This document shows positions 46,628 to 55,597 of a DNA stretch of 64,000 nt, one piece after another. The stretch is from Bacteroidota bacterium (GTDB lineage Bacteria > Bacteroidota > Ignavibacteria > Ignavibacteriales > SURF-24). The DNA lies in the NCBI GenBank assembly GCA_050258935.1, contig JBLMZS010000048.1, forward strand, positions 1,278-65,277, written 5' to 3'. Under the pieces are notes generated by a model, which worked only from the letters and a program-made list of their open reading frames with translations, made no database searches and had not been told where the DNA came from. Within the stretch, counting starts at the first letter, position 1. Each line of letters begins with the position of its first letter. The translations under genes and the position numbers were made by a program.

Positions 46628-47872
46628 ATGAGCAGAAGGAGAGTAGTAGTAACCGGACTCGGAGCAGTTACTCCAATTGGTTTAGGTATTACTGAATACT
46701 GGCAGGGACTTGCAGAGGGACGCAACGGAGTTGGTATGATAACCAAATTTGACGTATCTGATTTTGATACCAAGTTTGCTGCAGAAATCAAAAATTTTGA
46801 TCCCTCGGTCTGTATTGATAAGAAAAGTGTCAAACGCATGGATCCTTATGCTCAGTATGCTCTCGTATCTGCTGATGAGGCGGTAAAGGATTCAGGACTT
46901 AATCTGGAAGCAGAGGATCTGGAGAGGATAGGCGTCGTTGTCGGCAGCGGCATCGGCGGCATGGATACGAACCAGAAACAGCACTTCGCATTCTTCCAGG
47001 GCGGTCCCGGCAGAATAAGCCCGTTCTTCGTGCCTATGATGATCTCCGATATTGCAGCCGGTCAGGTTTCCATAAAATTCGGACTCAAAGGCCCTAACTA
47101 TGCCACTACTTCTGCATGTGCAACCGCATCCCATTCAATTGCTGATGCTTTCATGCTTATACAGAGAGGATCTGCTGACGTTATGCTGTGCGGCGGCAGC
47201 GAAGCGGCTATAACTGAAATGGCCATCGGCGGATTCAATTCGCTGAAAGCTCTTTCTACAAACAATGAAGACTTCTGCCATGCATCGCGTCCTTTCGACA
47301 AACGCCGCGACGGATTTGTAATGGGTGAAGGTGCAGCAATACTTGTGCTCGAAGACCACGAACACGCTGTAAAAAGAGGTGCGAAAATTTACGCTGAAAT
47401 CGTTGGAATAGGCCTTACCGGTGACGCATACCACGTTACTGCTCCGGCTCCCGGCGGTGAAGGTGCTGTCAGATCTATGCGCGAAGCTCTCCGCGACGCC
47501 GGCATAAATCCGACGGATGTCGATTATATAAACGCCCACGGAACGTCTACACCATACAATGACCTGAATGAGACACTTGCAATTAAAACACTCTTCGGCG
47601 ATCATGCGTATAAAATGGTGGTGAGCTCGACAAAATCCATGACAGGACATCTTCTGGGTGCAGCAGGCGCAGTTGAAGCAGTTGCTACAGTACTGGCAAT
47701 CAAAAACGAACTCGTACCGCCTACGATTAACCTGGAAGAACAGGATCCTGAATGCGATCTTAATTATTCGCCCAAAAAAGCGACACCAATGCAGATCAAT
47801 TATGCAATAAGCAATACGTTCGGATTCGGCGGACACAATGCCTCGCTGTTATTTAAGAAATATGTAGGTTAA
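46628..47872 (+). CDS. fabF: Beta-ketoacyl-ACP synthase II
   Basis: RRVVVTG, SACAT, NAHGTST, KSMTGHLLGAAG, FGFGGHN. Confidence 0.96.
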   Translation: MSRRRVVVTGLGAVTPIGLGITEYWQGLAEGRNGVGMITKFDVSDFDTKFAAEIKNFDPSVCIDKKSVKRMDPYAQYALVSADEAVKDSGLNLEAEDLERIGVVVGSGIGGMDTNQKQHFAFFQGGPGRISPFFVPMMISDIAAGQVSIKFGLKGPNYATTSACATASHSIADAFMLIQRGSADVMLCGGSEAAITEMAIGGFNSLKALSTNNEDFCHASRPFDKRRDGFVMGEGAAILVLEDHEHAVKRGAKIYAEIVGIGLTGDAYHVTAPAPGGEGAVRSMREALRDAGINPTDVDYINAHGTSTPYNDLNETLAIKTLFGDHAYKMVVSSTKSMTGHLLGAAGAVEAVATVLAIKNELVPPTINLEEQDPECDLNYSPKKATPMQINYAISNTFGFGGHNASLLFKKYVG

Positions 47873-47891
47873 TTATAAACATTAGGTGTGA

Positions 47892-48695
47892 GTGTTGAGA
47901 CTCAGAATTTCAGGATTTTTCAAAAAACTGGTGTCTTTAGGCAGGGCCTCGAAATTGGATGCATATCCGGAGGAGTTTGCCCGCCTTCTCGATGAGAAAC
48001 TTTCGAGGCTCCAAAAACTTATCGGCTATAAAATAAAAGATCCGACCTTCTACATAAAGGCGATCACTCACCGCTCTTATGCGGATTTTACTGATTTTAA
48101 CCTGCGCTCAAATGAAAGACTTGAATTTCTGGGCGATTCAGTGCTCAGCATTATCATTGCTGAGTATCTGTTCAAGGATTTTCCCAATGAGGACGAGGGT
48201 TTTCTGACGAAAACCCGCGCCCACCTGGTTAACCGTGCAGCTCTGGGACATGCAGCAGCCAAGATCGGACTGCTTGACTATATGCTGGTCAGCAATAGTT
48301 TTGTAAATACTGCCAGCAGCAAGGGCGCCCAGTCAATCGTCTCAAACGCTATAGAAGCCCTTATCGGTGCAATATACCTCGATGCTGGTCTGGAAGCTGC
48401 AAGAAAATTCGTGGAAAAGGTGATCATTAACCCTGGCATACAGGAAGGCATTCTGCTGGTCGATAAGAATTACAAGAGCCAGCTGCTTGAGTTTACTCAG
48501 GCCCATAAACTCGACAGCCCGATATATAAGCTTCTGAAAGAAGAAGGCCCGCACCACAATAAGATATTTACTATTGAAGTACTGATCGAGGACATCAATT
48601 ACGGGGTCGGAAGCGGTAAGAATAAGAAACAGGCAGAACAAAACGCCGCTCAGGACGCACTGATCAAAATTGGCGAACTGAAACCTCAGACGTAG
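47892..48695 (+). CDS. rnc: Ribonuclease III
   Basis: NERLEFLGDS, EALIGAIYLD, C-terminal dsRBD (G.G.NKKQAEQNAA). Start codon uncertain. Confidence 0.95.
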   Translation: MLRLRISGFFKKLVSLGRASKLDAYPEEFARLLDEKLSRLQKLIGYKIKDPTFYIKAITHRSYADFTDFNLRSNERLEFLGDSVLSIIIAEYLFKDFPNEDEGFLTKTRAHLVNRAALGHAAAKIGLLDYMLVSNSFVNTASSKGAQSIVSNAIEALIGAIYLDAGLEAARKFVEKVIINPGIQEGILLVDKNYKSQLLEFTQAHKLDSPIYKLLKEEGPHHNKIFTIEVLIEDINYGVGSGKNKKQAEQNAAQDALIKIGELKPQT

Positions 48696-48798
48696 TTATA
48701 CTGATAACCCGCATTTCCTTTGTCTCATTCTCTCTTTGAGGATCGTGATCTGTTCTGAAAAATAGTTGTATAAGATTGCTGGTAAGCTGATATGAACA

Positions 48799-48972
48799 TC
48801 AATCCTGATCTGACTGATTGCCTGACACTTTCCCCCTTTTGGATTTCGCAGTCTGTTCTGAGATTGTCTTCATCAGTTCTTCAACTACGACCCTCAGTTC
48901 GGTCAGCTGCTTCTCCAGATCGACAATCTTTTTTTCAATTTTGTTCTTCTTAGCCGTATTGTCTGTTGCCAT
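48799..48972 (-). CDS. Small coiled-coil hypothetical protein (57 aa)
   Basis: ATG 48972; heptad pattern IEKKIVDLEKQLTELRVVVEEL. Confidence 0.45.
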   Translation of the reverse strand: MATDNTAKKNKIEKKIVDLEKQLTELRVVVEELMKTISEQTAKSKRGKVSGNQSDQD

Positions 48973-49133
48973 GATAGATATTTTTGGTAAATAATTGGCT
49001 AAATTAGTTATTTGAACCATAAAAAGCAAATTTCAATCGAAAAAGTGCTGCAATCTGAAACCGGTTTACTGCTTTTATTGTTACAGTATACAAATAAATG
49101 ACAATATTACGCAACAGAAATAACAGGCACAAC

Positions 49134-49598
49134 ATGACACTAAATACTGGCGATAGGGCTCCTGAATTTTTACTGAATGATTCCGAAGGGAAACAGGTCT
49201 CGTTGAAGGATTATGCTGGAAAAACAATAATACTGTATTTTTATCCGAAGGACAGTACTCCGGGGTGTACCAGGGAAGCATGCGACTTCCGCGATTCATT
49301 TGAGCGGCTAAAAACTGCGGATGCGGTGGTGGTCGGTATAAGCGCTGATTCTGTCGAATCACACAGGAAATTCAGCTCTAAATATGAACTGCCGTTTACT
49401 CTGCTGAGCGATCCGGAACATAAGGTGCTGGAAGCATACGGAGTATGGAAACAAAAGAATATGATGGGCAGAAAATTTATGGGTATAGAAAGATCTACGT
49501 TCATTATCGACGCTCAGGGAAAAATTTCCGCTGTGTATAATAAAGTTAAAGTAAACGGCCACGTCGATGAAATACTGGACTTTCTGAAGAGACAATGA
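49134..49598 (+). CDS. bcp: Peroxiredoxin Bcp/PrxQ
   Basis: FYPKDSTPGCTREAC, RSTFIID; start ATG 49134. Confidence 0.93.
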   Translation: MTLNTGDRAPEFLLNDSEGKQVSLKDYAGKTIILYFYPKDSTPGCTREACDFRDSFERLKTADAVVVGISADSVESHRKFSSKYELPFTLLSDPEHKVLEAYGVWKQKNMMGRKFMGIERSTFIIDAQGKISAVYNKVKVNGHVDEILDFLKRQ

Positions 49599-49636
49599 AC
49601 GCCAAATAATAAACGTTTTTACATAAAGGCTTTTTA

Positions 49637-50239
49637 ATGTACAAAAATCAGGACCAGGACAGCGGTCTTAACCTGGAAATAATTGAGACACACGTAAAAC
49701 AGCTTCTTGAGGAAATTGGAGAGGATCCGAACCGCGAAGGACTGATCAAAACTCCGCACCGCTATGCCAGAGCCTATGAATTCCTGACGCAGGGGTACCG
49801 CAAGAATATCAGGACAGTGCTGAATAATGCCATTTTCGAGGAAAAATACGACGAAATGGTCGTGCTGAAGGATATTGACTTTTTCAGTATGTGTGAACAC
49901 CACCTGCTTCCGTTCTTCGGAAAGGTACACATTGCATACGTTCCGAATGGTAAAATTGTTGGACTGAGCAAACTGCCCAGACTTGTGGACGTGTTTGCAC
50001 GGAGACTGCAGGTGCAGGAGCGGATGACACAGGAAATTGCGGATACCATAAAGGAGTATCTGAATCCCAAGGGGGTTGGTGTAGTCACTGAAGCAAGACA
50101 TATGTGCATGATGATGAGGGGAGTCGAAAGACAGAACTCAATAGCCACCACTTCTGCTATGCACGGACTATTTAAGACCGATGCGCGCACCAGAAGCGAG
50201 TTTTTGAACCTCATAAGCAAAAGCCTCAGCGGTATATAG
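49637..50239 (+). CDS. folE: GTP cyclohydrolase I
   Basis: [33 protein letters not shown]. Confidence 0.96.
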   Translation: MYKNQDQDSGLNLEIIETHVKQLLEEIGEDPNREGLIKTPHRYARAYEFLTQGYRKNIRTVLNNAIFEEKYDEMVVLKDIDFFSMCEHHLLPFFGKVHIAYVPNGKIVGLSKLPRLVDVFARRLQVQERMTQEIADTIKEYLNPKGVGVVTEARHMCMMMRGVERQNSIATTSAMHGLFKTDARTRSEFLNLISKSLSGI

Positions 50240-50253
50240 TACTGCAGCAATTC

Positions 50254-50302
50254 TTTGCCTCAGATCACATAAAATGACCGGTTTTGTGTGATCTGTGGCA
50301 AA
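50254..50302 (+). terminator. Long hairpin after folE
   Basis: TTTGCC.CAGATCACATAAAA/TTTTGTGTGATCTG.GGCAAA arms. Confidence 0.55.
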
Positions 50303-50491
50303 AATTACCTTCTATTGTGATATATGTCAACTCTACATGTAAAATTTTCCCGCAAAAACTATCAAATATCTACCCATTATCCTTTTATTATGGCATAAAA
50401 TCGGCATTTATTTCGCGGCACAATATTTGAACTTCAGATGGCAGTAATATTACTGCTAAATATCTAAGTGCGAATAACAATTAAATGATCG

Positions 50492-50797
50492 GTGAATACT
50501 ATGATTAGAATGTCGGTTAGCATCAGAATGATATATTATGCCTGGGTACTGATTAACCTGGTACTGCTGATTTTCTCGGGCTATTTCCATAAAGTTGCTC
50601 TGGTCCTTTCGCTGAAGCATGTACCGGACTTTGTTCAGGTGCACCGTATATTCTATCTGTACCAGTCATATGATATTTCGTGCTACGATATTACTGAATT
50701 TCTGGTCGCCTATCTGTTCCCGCTATTGATGGTTGCCCTTTACAGGGGAGTGCGCCAGCCGTCGCGCAAATACAGGACTAAAGGTTTTCAGTGCTGA
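50492..50797 (+). CDS. Small hypothetical membrane protein
   Basis: Two hydrophobic segments; YDITEF..Y..P motif; start uncertain. Confidence 0.5.
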   Translation: MNTMIRMSVSIRMIYYAWVLINLVLLIFSGYFHKVALVLSLKHVPDFVQVHRIFYLYQSYDISCYDITEFLVAYLFPLLMVALYRGVRQPSRKYRTKGFQC

Positions 50798-51119
50798 AGT
50801 GTTATATGCCGCCCGGTGATGCCGTGATTGCTTTTGCGGCCTTGTGGCAGGCTGTGCATGATACAGTGGGAAAAAGAATCTCAGCTTCTGCGCGCTGACC
50901 CTGCAAAAAGCTGAGATTCTGTTCCTGAAAATTGAGTTAGGTGTTTACCTGTCACCGGTGCTCTGAACACCACCAATCCGGTTTCAGGGAAACATGGTGT
51001 GTTCAACTGAGTATTCTGCAATTATTCTGATTATGGAACACTTCAGTGCAGCATTTACACGAATTCGGTACCACGCCGAAGTCGCTTATAGAATTCATAA
51101 TTCAAAATTCAGAATTAGA

Positions 51120-51641
51120 TTATAAAGTTGTATCTCTGGGTGCTGTTTTGTCCATATGCCGTTTTCTGAATTTTTCTACCCTCTCCATCATTTTGCCAGC
51201 TCTTTCTCTGAAGAGGCGGCCGTTCTCCCTGAGCATCGGAGCCCGGTTTTTCCATATTTCCTTCTGCTGTTCATCCAACTGCTTGTAGCTGTCAATCCAC
51301 ATTTTGACTTCACTGCGCTTCAGTTCCGACTGAATTTTGCTTATTTCATCTGTCAGAGAGAGGATCTTGCTCTCGCTGAAATCTTTCTGGGCCAGGAGCG
51401 TCTTAAGATCGATTCTGAGTTTTTTGATCTCTGCTCTCATATCGATCATCTTTTTCTGATATTCCGACTTGATCCTGGAAATCTCCTGTTTCTGCTGATC
51501 TGTCAGATTCAGCTTTTCTATCATTCCTTTTCTTCCAGGCATTCTGCAATCTTTTCTGTCATTTGCTGGTGTCTGCGCCCCCAGAGCGTTCTGGAGTACC
51601 AGTAATACCATTATGAGTAATCCTGCTGCTTTGCTTTTCAT
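51120..51641 (-). CDS. Spy/CpxP-like periplasmic protein
   Basis: Signal peptide; LNLTDQQK and LDEQQK (LTxxQ-like) repeats; Met/Arg-rich tail. Confidence 0.8.
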   Translation of the reverse strand: MKSKAAGLLIMVLLVLQNALGAQTPANDRKDCRMPGRKGMIEKLNLTDQQKQEISRIKSEYQKKMIDMRAEIKKLRIDLKTLLAQKDFSESKILSLTDEISKIQSELKRSEVKMWIDSYKQLDEQQKEIWKNRAPMLRENGRLFRERAGKMMERVEKFRKRHMDKTAPRDTTL

Positions 51642-51748
51642 TTTTTTCTCCGCGTTTTGTTTATTGATGTTTTAAGACAACTTTATCGCATGTCTGTTGA
51701 AATCCGGTTTACGTAAATTCATGTGACTTGTTTTTCAATTTCTGTCAT

Positions 51749-51780
51749 TTTGACACTGCCTGCAGTCAAAGGGTTTAAAA
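51749..51780 (-). promoter_or_regulatory. ECF-type promoter for the Spy/CpxP-like gene
   Basis: TTTTAAACC-N15-GTGTCAAA on the minus strand; boxes and spacing identical to 51889-51920. Confidence 0.75.
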
Positions 51781-51888
51781 CTCAGGATGGAAAATACGAC
51801 TGGAGGGAAGATATGGCATCAGTTGTAAGATATGAGCGTAAGGGAAAATTGAAAAATAGACAGCAAAAGTCTATTTTAAACCAGTGAA

Positions 51889-51920
51889 TTTTAAACCTGC
51901 GCCGGTTATTGTGTGTCAAA
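51889..51920 (+). promoter_or_regulatory. ECF-type autoregulatory promoter
   Basis: TTTTAAACC-N15-GTGTCAAA, 21 nt upstream of the sigma factor ATG. Confidence 0.75.
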
Positions 51921-51941
51921 GATTTGAAGTAATGGATAAAT

Positions 51942-52493
51942 ATGACTGAAGAGGAAAAGGATTTTCAAAATATACGCGACTACATTGCTGGTTCCGAACA
52001 GGCATTCAATTCGATTGTGCGAAAATACAGTCAGAAAATATATTGGCATGCCCGGCGGATGCTGGGCAATCATTCGGACGCCGATGAGATTACTCAGGAA
52101 GTGCTGATAGTACTATATGAGAAACTTAAAACCTTTGAATTCAAGTCGTCATTATATACCTGGATATACCGTATTACTTCAAACAGGTGTATCAATATGC
52201 TGCGCAGGCAGAGTATACGCAATCTGTTCTTCTCCGGCGATACAGATCAGGAATATCCGGAAAGCGGAAATGATATAGTATCTGGCATAGAGAACAGGGA
52301 AAAGGTGCAGCAGCTAAACCGTATACTTCAGACACTGCCTGCGAAACAAAGGGAGGTCTTTATACTCAGGCATTTTGACGAAATGAGCTATGAGGAAATA
52401 TCCAAGATTACCGGAAAGAGTGTGGGCGGACTGAAAGCTAATTATTTCCACGCACTCAGGAAGGTAATGCAGCTTCAGGAAAAAGATGACTAA
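51942..52493 (+). CDS. ECF sigma factor
   Basis: DADEITQEV, TWIYRI..N (region 2); LP..QREVF.LR..EMSYEEI (region 4). Confidence 0.93.
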   Translation: MTEEEKDFQNIRDYIAGSEQAFNSIVRKYSQKIYWHARRMLGNHSDADEITQEVLIVLYEKLKTFEFKSSLYTWIYRITSNRCINMLRRQSIRNLFFSGDTDQEYPESGNDIVSGIENREKVQQLNRILQTLPAKQREVFILRHFDEMSYEEISKITGKSVGGLKANYFHALRKVMQLQEKDD

Positions 52494-52508
52494 AGGAAGT
52501 GAAATATC

Positions 52509-53150
52509 ATGAAAAAATATGACAATCAAATATTTGGCTACCTGGCCGGGATTATGACCCCGGAGGAGAAAGCAATTTTTGAAGAACAGCTGCAGAGTTC
52601 TTCTGAACTGAATTTCAGATACCGCTACATGAAAGAAATTCTGGACGGTATCAGTGAAAAGGGAAACATACCGCTGGATGATGCTTACTTCAGCAGACTG
52701 AATGTTGAATTGAACCGGAAAATTTCTGAGCGCGATACTAATGTGAAGAAAAGGATATATGCGCGGCTTTCACTGGCAGGCGGTATGGCGGCCGCTGTAA
52801 TAGCGGGGGCCCTGTTCCTGCTGCGCCCTGCAACCAGTGTAAACACGGTAGAAGGACTGGTAGGCAACCTGAATGAGGATGCCAAAACAGAACTGCTCGA
52901 TCATTTGTCGGATAAAGAAGACCTGACAAATTTCGAAAATCAGGTTACAGCTGCAGCAGACGATGTTCAGCAGATAGTTGAGGAGAAACTGAATAATACC
53001 TTATCGGATGAAATACTGAATACCGGTTCGTCAGACGCATCAGCACTCGGCGCTATTGACAATATTGATGCTGAAGAGGTGATCGGTGATCTGACAGACA
53101 GTGAAGCTGAGAACGTGTATCAGGCAATGCTAAGCAAAAAAATACTGTAA
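52509..53150 (+). CDS. Putative single-pass anti-sigma factor
   Basis: Follows the ECF gene; YL.G.M..EE...FE N-domain; one TM helix; acidic periplasmic tail. Confidence 0.7.
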   Translation: MKKYDNQIFGYLAGIMTPEEKAIFEEQLQSSSELNFRYRYMKEILDGISEKGNIPLDDAYFSRLNVELNRKISERDTNVKKRIYARLSLAGGMAAAVIAGALFLLRPATSVNTVEGLVGNLNEDAKTELLDHLSDKEDLTNFENQVTAAADDVQQIVEEKLNNTLSDEILNTGSSDASALGAIDNIDAEEVIGDLTDSEAENVYQAMLSKKIL

Positions 53151-53183
53151 TAATATATAAATCCTGTAGACGGGAGACTTGAG

Positions 53184-53678
53184 ATGAAAAGAATATTCTA
53201 TTTAATTTGTATCGTATGCCTTTTTGGCCAGTCGGGATTTGCCCAGGAAGGGCAGCCGGGGCATCATAATGCGAGAAAAAGACTGGATGAACTGGAGAAG
53301 CTGAAACTTATGGAAATACTGAACCTTGATGAGGAGAAAATGGTGAAATTTTTCTCGAAGCGCTCGGAATTTTCAGACAGGGTGAATAACCTGTATTCTC
53401 AGAAGAACCAGAAGCTGAACCAGATAGAGAAGAGCCTCGAAGGTACAGACAAAAATGACGCGTCATTCAAGCGGCTCAACAATGAGATACTTGAAATAGA
53501 AGAAGACATTGTAAAGGCCAAGGTAGATTACATATCCTCGCTGAATTCAGTGCTGTCCCACGAACAGATTTCAAAGGTAATTCTGTTCGAAAGAAATTTC
53601 AAGCGTGAGCTCAGAACTCTGATATTTAATGAAAGGCGGGGGAAAAGACAGGGAAAGTCGGTTTCTGACACAAAATGA
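53184..53678 (+). CDS. Exported helical protein, Spy/CpxP-like
   Basis: Signal peptide; LNLDEEK and VLSHEQ; third gene of the ECF operon. Confidence 0.6.
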   Translation: MKRIFYLICIVCLFGQSGFAQEGQPGHHNARKRLDELEKLKLMEILNLDEEKMVKFFSKRSEFSDRVNNLYSQKNQKLNQIEKSLEGTDKNDASFKRLNNEILEIEEDIVKAKVDYISSLNSVLSHEQISKVILFERNFKRELRTLIFNERRGKRQGKSVSDTK

Positions 53679-53709
53679 AAGAAAAAGTGCAAAAAAAATG
53701 CATTTATAC

Positions 53710-53738
53710 TTGCATTTTAATGAAAGTAATGTTAATTT
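53710..53738 (+). promoter_or_regulatory. Sigma-70-like promoter of the tRNA
   Basis: TTGCAT-N17-TAATTT just upstream of the tRNA. Confidence 0.55.
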
Positions 53739-53752
53739 TTGAACCTGACAAC

Positions 53753-53838
53753 GCGGAAGTGGTGAAATTGGTATACACGCTATCTTGAGGGGGTAGTGCC
53801 CTTTGGGCATACGGGTTCAAGTCCCGTCTTCCGCACCA
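53753..53838 (+). tRNA. tRNA-Leu (anticodon GAG)
   Basis: Acceptor stem GCGGAAG/CTTCCGC; anticodon arm CTATC-TTGAGGG-GGTAG; long variable arm; GTTCAAG T-loop; encoded CCA. Confidence 0.96.
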
Positions 53839-53841
53839 TAC

Positions 53842-53873
53842 AAAAAAGCCCTTCTTTTCAGAAGGGCTTTTTT
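53842..53873. terminator. Bidirectional Rho-independent terminator
   Basis: AAAAAAGCCCTTCT-TTTC-AGAAGGGCTTTTTT between the tRNA and a convergent OMP gene. Confidence 0.88.
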
Positions 53874-53905
53874 ATTTATACTGCGGTCTTTTTTATTTCC
53901 CTGTA

Positions 53906-54463
53906 TTACAGTCCAAAAGCTACACCTGCATTTATTCCAAGATAGTTAGCATCGCTTATGATGTTCATCTTAACGTTGACATCAAGCTGCAGCTTTGGTC
54001 CTATATTGTAATAGAAGCCTGCCAGAGGTGCAAAACTGAAATCAGATGTGCTTTCATCTGTGTCAACCTTGCCGAATGGTCCCATATCAACGGTCACAGA
54101 AGCACTGCCGAAATGCAGACCGAGTTCTGCGCCGGCATAAGGTTTGAACTCACCACTGGTAACAAAATTGTAGCGCCCGCCCACAACGACCGGGATGAAG
54201 TTAAGGCTATAGTCAAATCCTTCCGGAATGTCACTAGCTGCACCAAATGTAAGGAAGCCAATTGTACCGGTCAGATCTATCTGAGGATTCAGACCGTAGT
54301 AGAATGTTCCCATTGCTCCGAAGCCTGTAGCATGTACATCACCGAATGTGCCCATAGGCATTGCGAGACTAACCTGAACACCACCTCTCATATCCTGGGC
54401 ATTGCTGTTTACTACAGGTGCAAAGAGCATTGCAAGAACGAGTATTGTAAATAATTTTTTCAT
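53906..54463 (-). CDS. Small (OmpA/OmpW-like) outer-membrane beta-barrel
   Basis: GGAGG then ATG 54463; signal peptide; IPV..GGRY, KPYAG; C-terminal AGVAFGL. Confidence 0.75.
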   Translation of the reverse strand: MKKLFTILVLAMLFAPVVNSNAQDMRGGVQVSLAMPMGTFGDVHATGFGAMGTFYYGLNPQIDLTGTIGFLTFGAASDIPEGFDYSLNFIPVVVGGRYNFVTSGEFKPYAGAELGLHFGSASVTVDMGPFGKVDTDESTSDFSFAPLAGFYYNIGPKLQLDVNVKMNIISDANYLGINAGVAFGL

Positions 54464-54612
54464 TATGACCTCCATATTGTTTGTGTTGAGAATTGTTGAC
54501 AATTTGTAATTTGGTGAAAATAGTTTCGATTGTCAAGCTATTTTCAACTTGAATATTTCTAATTTAAATTTATGTGATCATAATCAAAAATTCATTTTTC
54601 CTCGTTTTATCA

Positions 54613-55257
54613 TTAACGTGGCTTGTAGAGGATCATTATGCTCAGGTTCAATGAGCTCATAAATTTTTCGCCCTCATCTCTTCCGATCAGGTTTAACATA
54701 TTCAGTTTCAGGCTGGCATCCAGATCAATCTGGGGCAGTATTGTAAAATCAATACCTCCGCCGAGACCAAGTCCATATCTCGCTCCTCCGCCGACGCTTC
54801 TTTCGATCGACCGGTCAGAACGAACTATTGTAAATGAACGGTCTCCGAAAGAATTGATGAGTAAATCGGCCCCGAGATAGGGAACAGCCGGGGATGCGGC
54901 GGGCATCAGCAGGTATTCGGCTCCAAGCACCAGTGAATATACTTTCAGTGAAGTCTCAAGATCGGCTGCTACCAGGTCAGGAAAAACAAAATTTTCGCGT
55001 GTTCCGCTGAATGAAGTATAGACCAGCGATCCGGAAAGGCGCAGCGGCTGGCCGGGAAGTGTGAACCTGGCTTTGAGTGCAAGGTGAAAGTTTGACTTGA
55101 AGCCGAAACTGCTTCCCAGCGTATCTATCTCATCGGTGTATGCCGATGAGGTTAATATATATGTCAGACCGCCCCCGGCTCCAACCTGCGCGTTCTGTGC
55201 ACCGAGCTGAGATGCGATCAGTATAAACATCAGTGACGGTAATATTATATGTTTCAT
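54613..55257 (-). CDS. Small outer-membrane beta-barrel protein
   Basis: Signal peptide from ATG 55257; LGAEY, PYLG and GLGLGGG strands. Confidence 0.7.
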   Translation of the reverse strand: MKHIILPSLMFILIASQLGAQNAQVGAGGGLTYILTSSAYTDEIDTLGSSFGFKSNFHLALKARFTLPGQPLRLSGSLVYTSFSGTRENFVFPDLVAADLETSLKVYSLVLGAEYLLMPAASPAVPYLGADLLINSFGDRSFTIVRSDRSIERSVGGGARYGLGLGGGIDFTILPQIDLDASLKLNMLNLIGRDEGEKFMSSLNLSIMILYKPR

Positions 55258-55597
55258 TAAACGTAATTCCTCTCTGTATTCTATTATTCCGGACTTGCCC
55301 GTACTACACTGCTCCGGCATTTCATCATTACAACATATAATTTCAATAAAACAAACGGGCATATAAAGTAAAGCCATTTTATACGGCAGTGCAGGGAACA
55401 ATAGATACGTGTAAAGCGTATAATTTCAATGTTTCCATACCAGCATTGTTATTTTTATCTGTATTGATTTGTCCTTTTAATTATTATATTTGTAGGAAAA
55501 ATTTTTCTGAAGGGGAACTGTATTATAGAAGAAATTCTGTCCGGAAATAACTTCCGTCCGGAAAAAATTAACCCTTAGCATCCAAACATTCACGCAT

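Noticed and set aside
49056-49090. Third ECF promoter upstream of bcp (AAACC-N15-TTGTTACA)
   Set aside because: The -10 box matches GTGTCAAA poorly; not supportable without a position-weight scan.
53753-55257. Genomic island integrated at tRNA-Leu
   Set aside because: No integrase and no duplicated tRNA 3' end seen; a normal terminator follows the tRNA.
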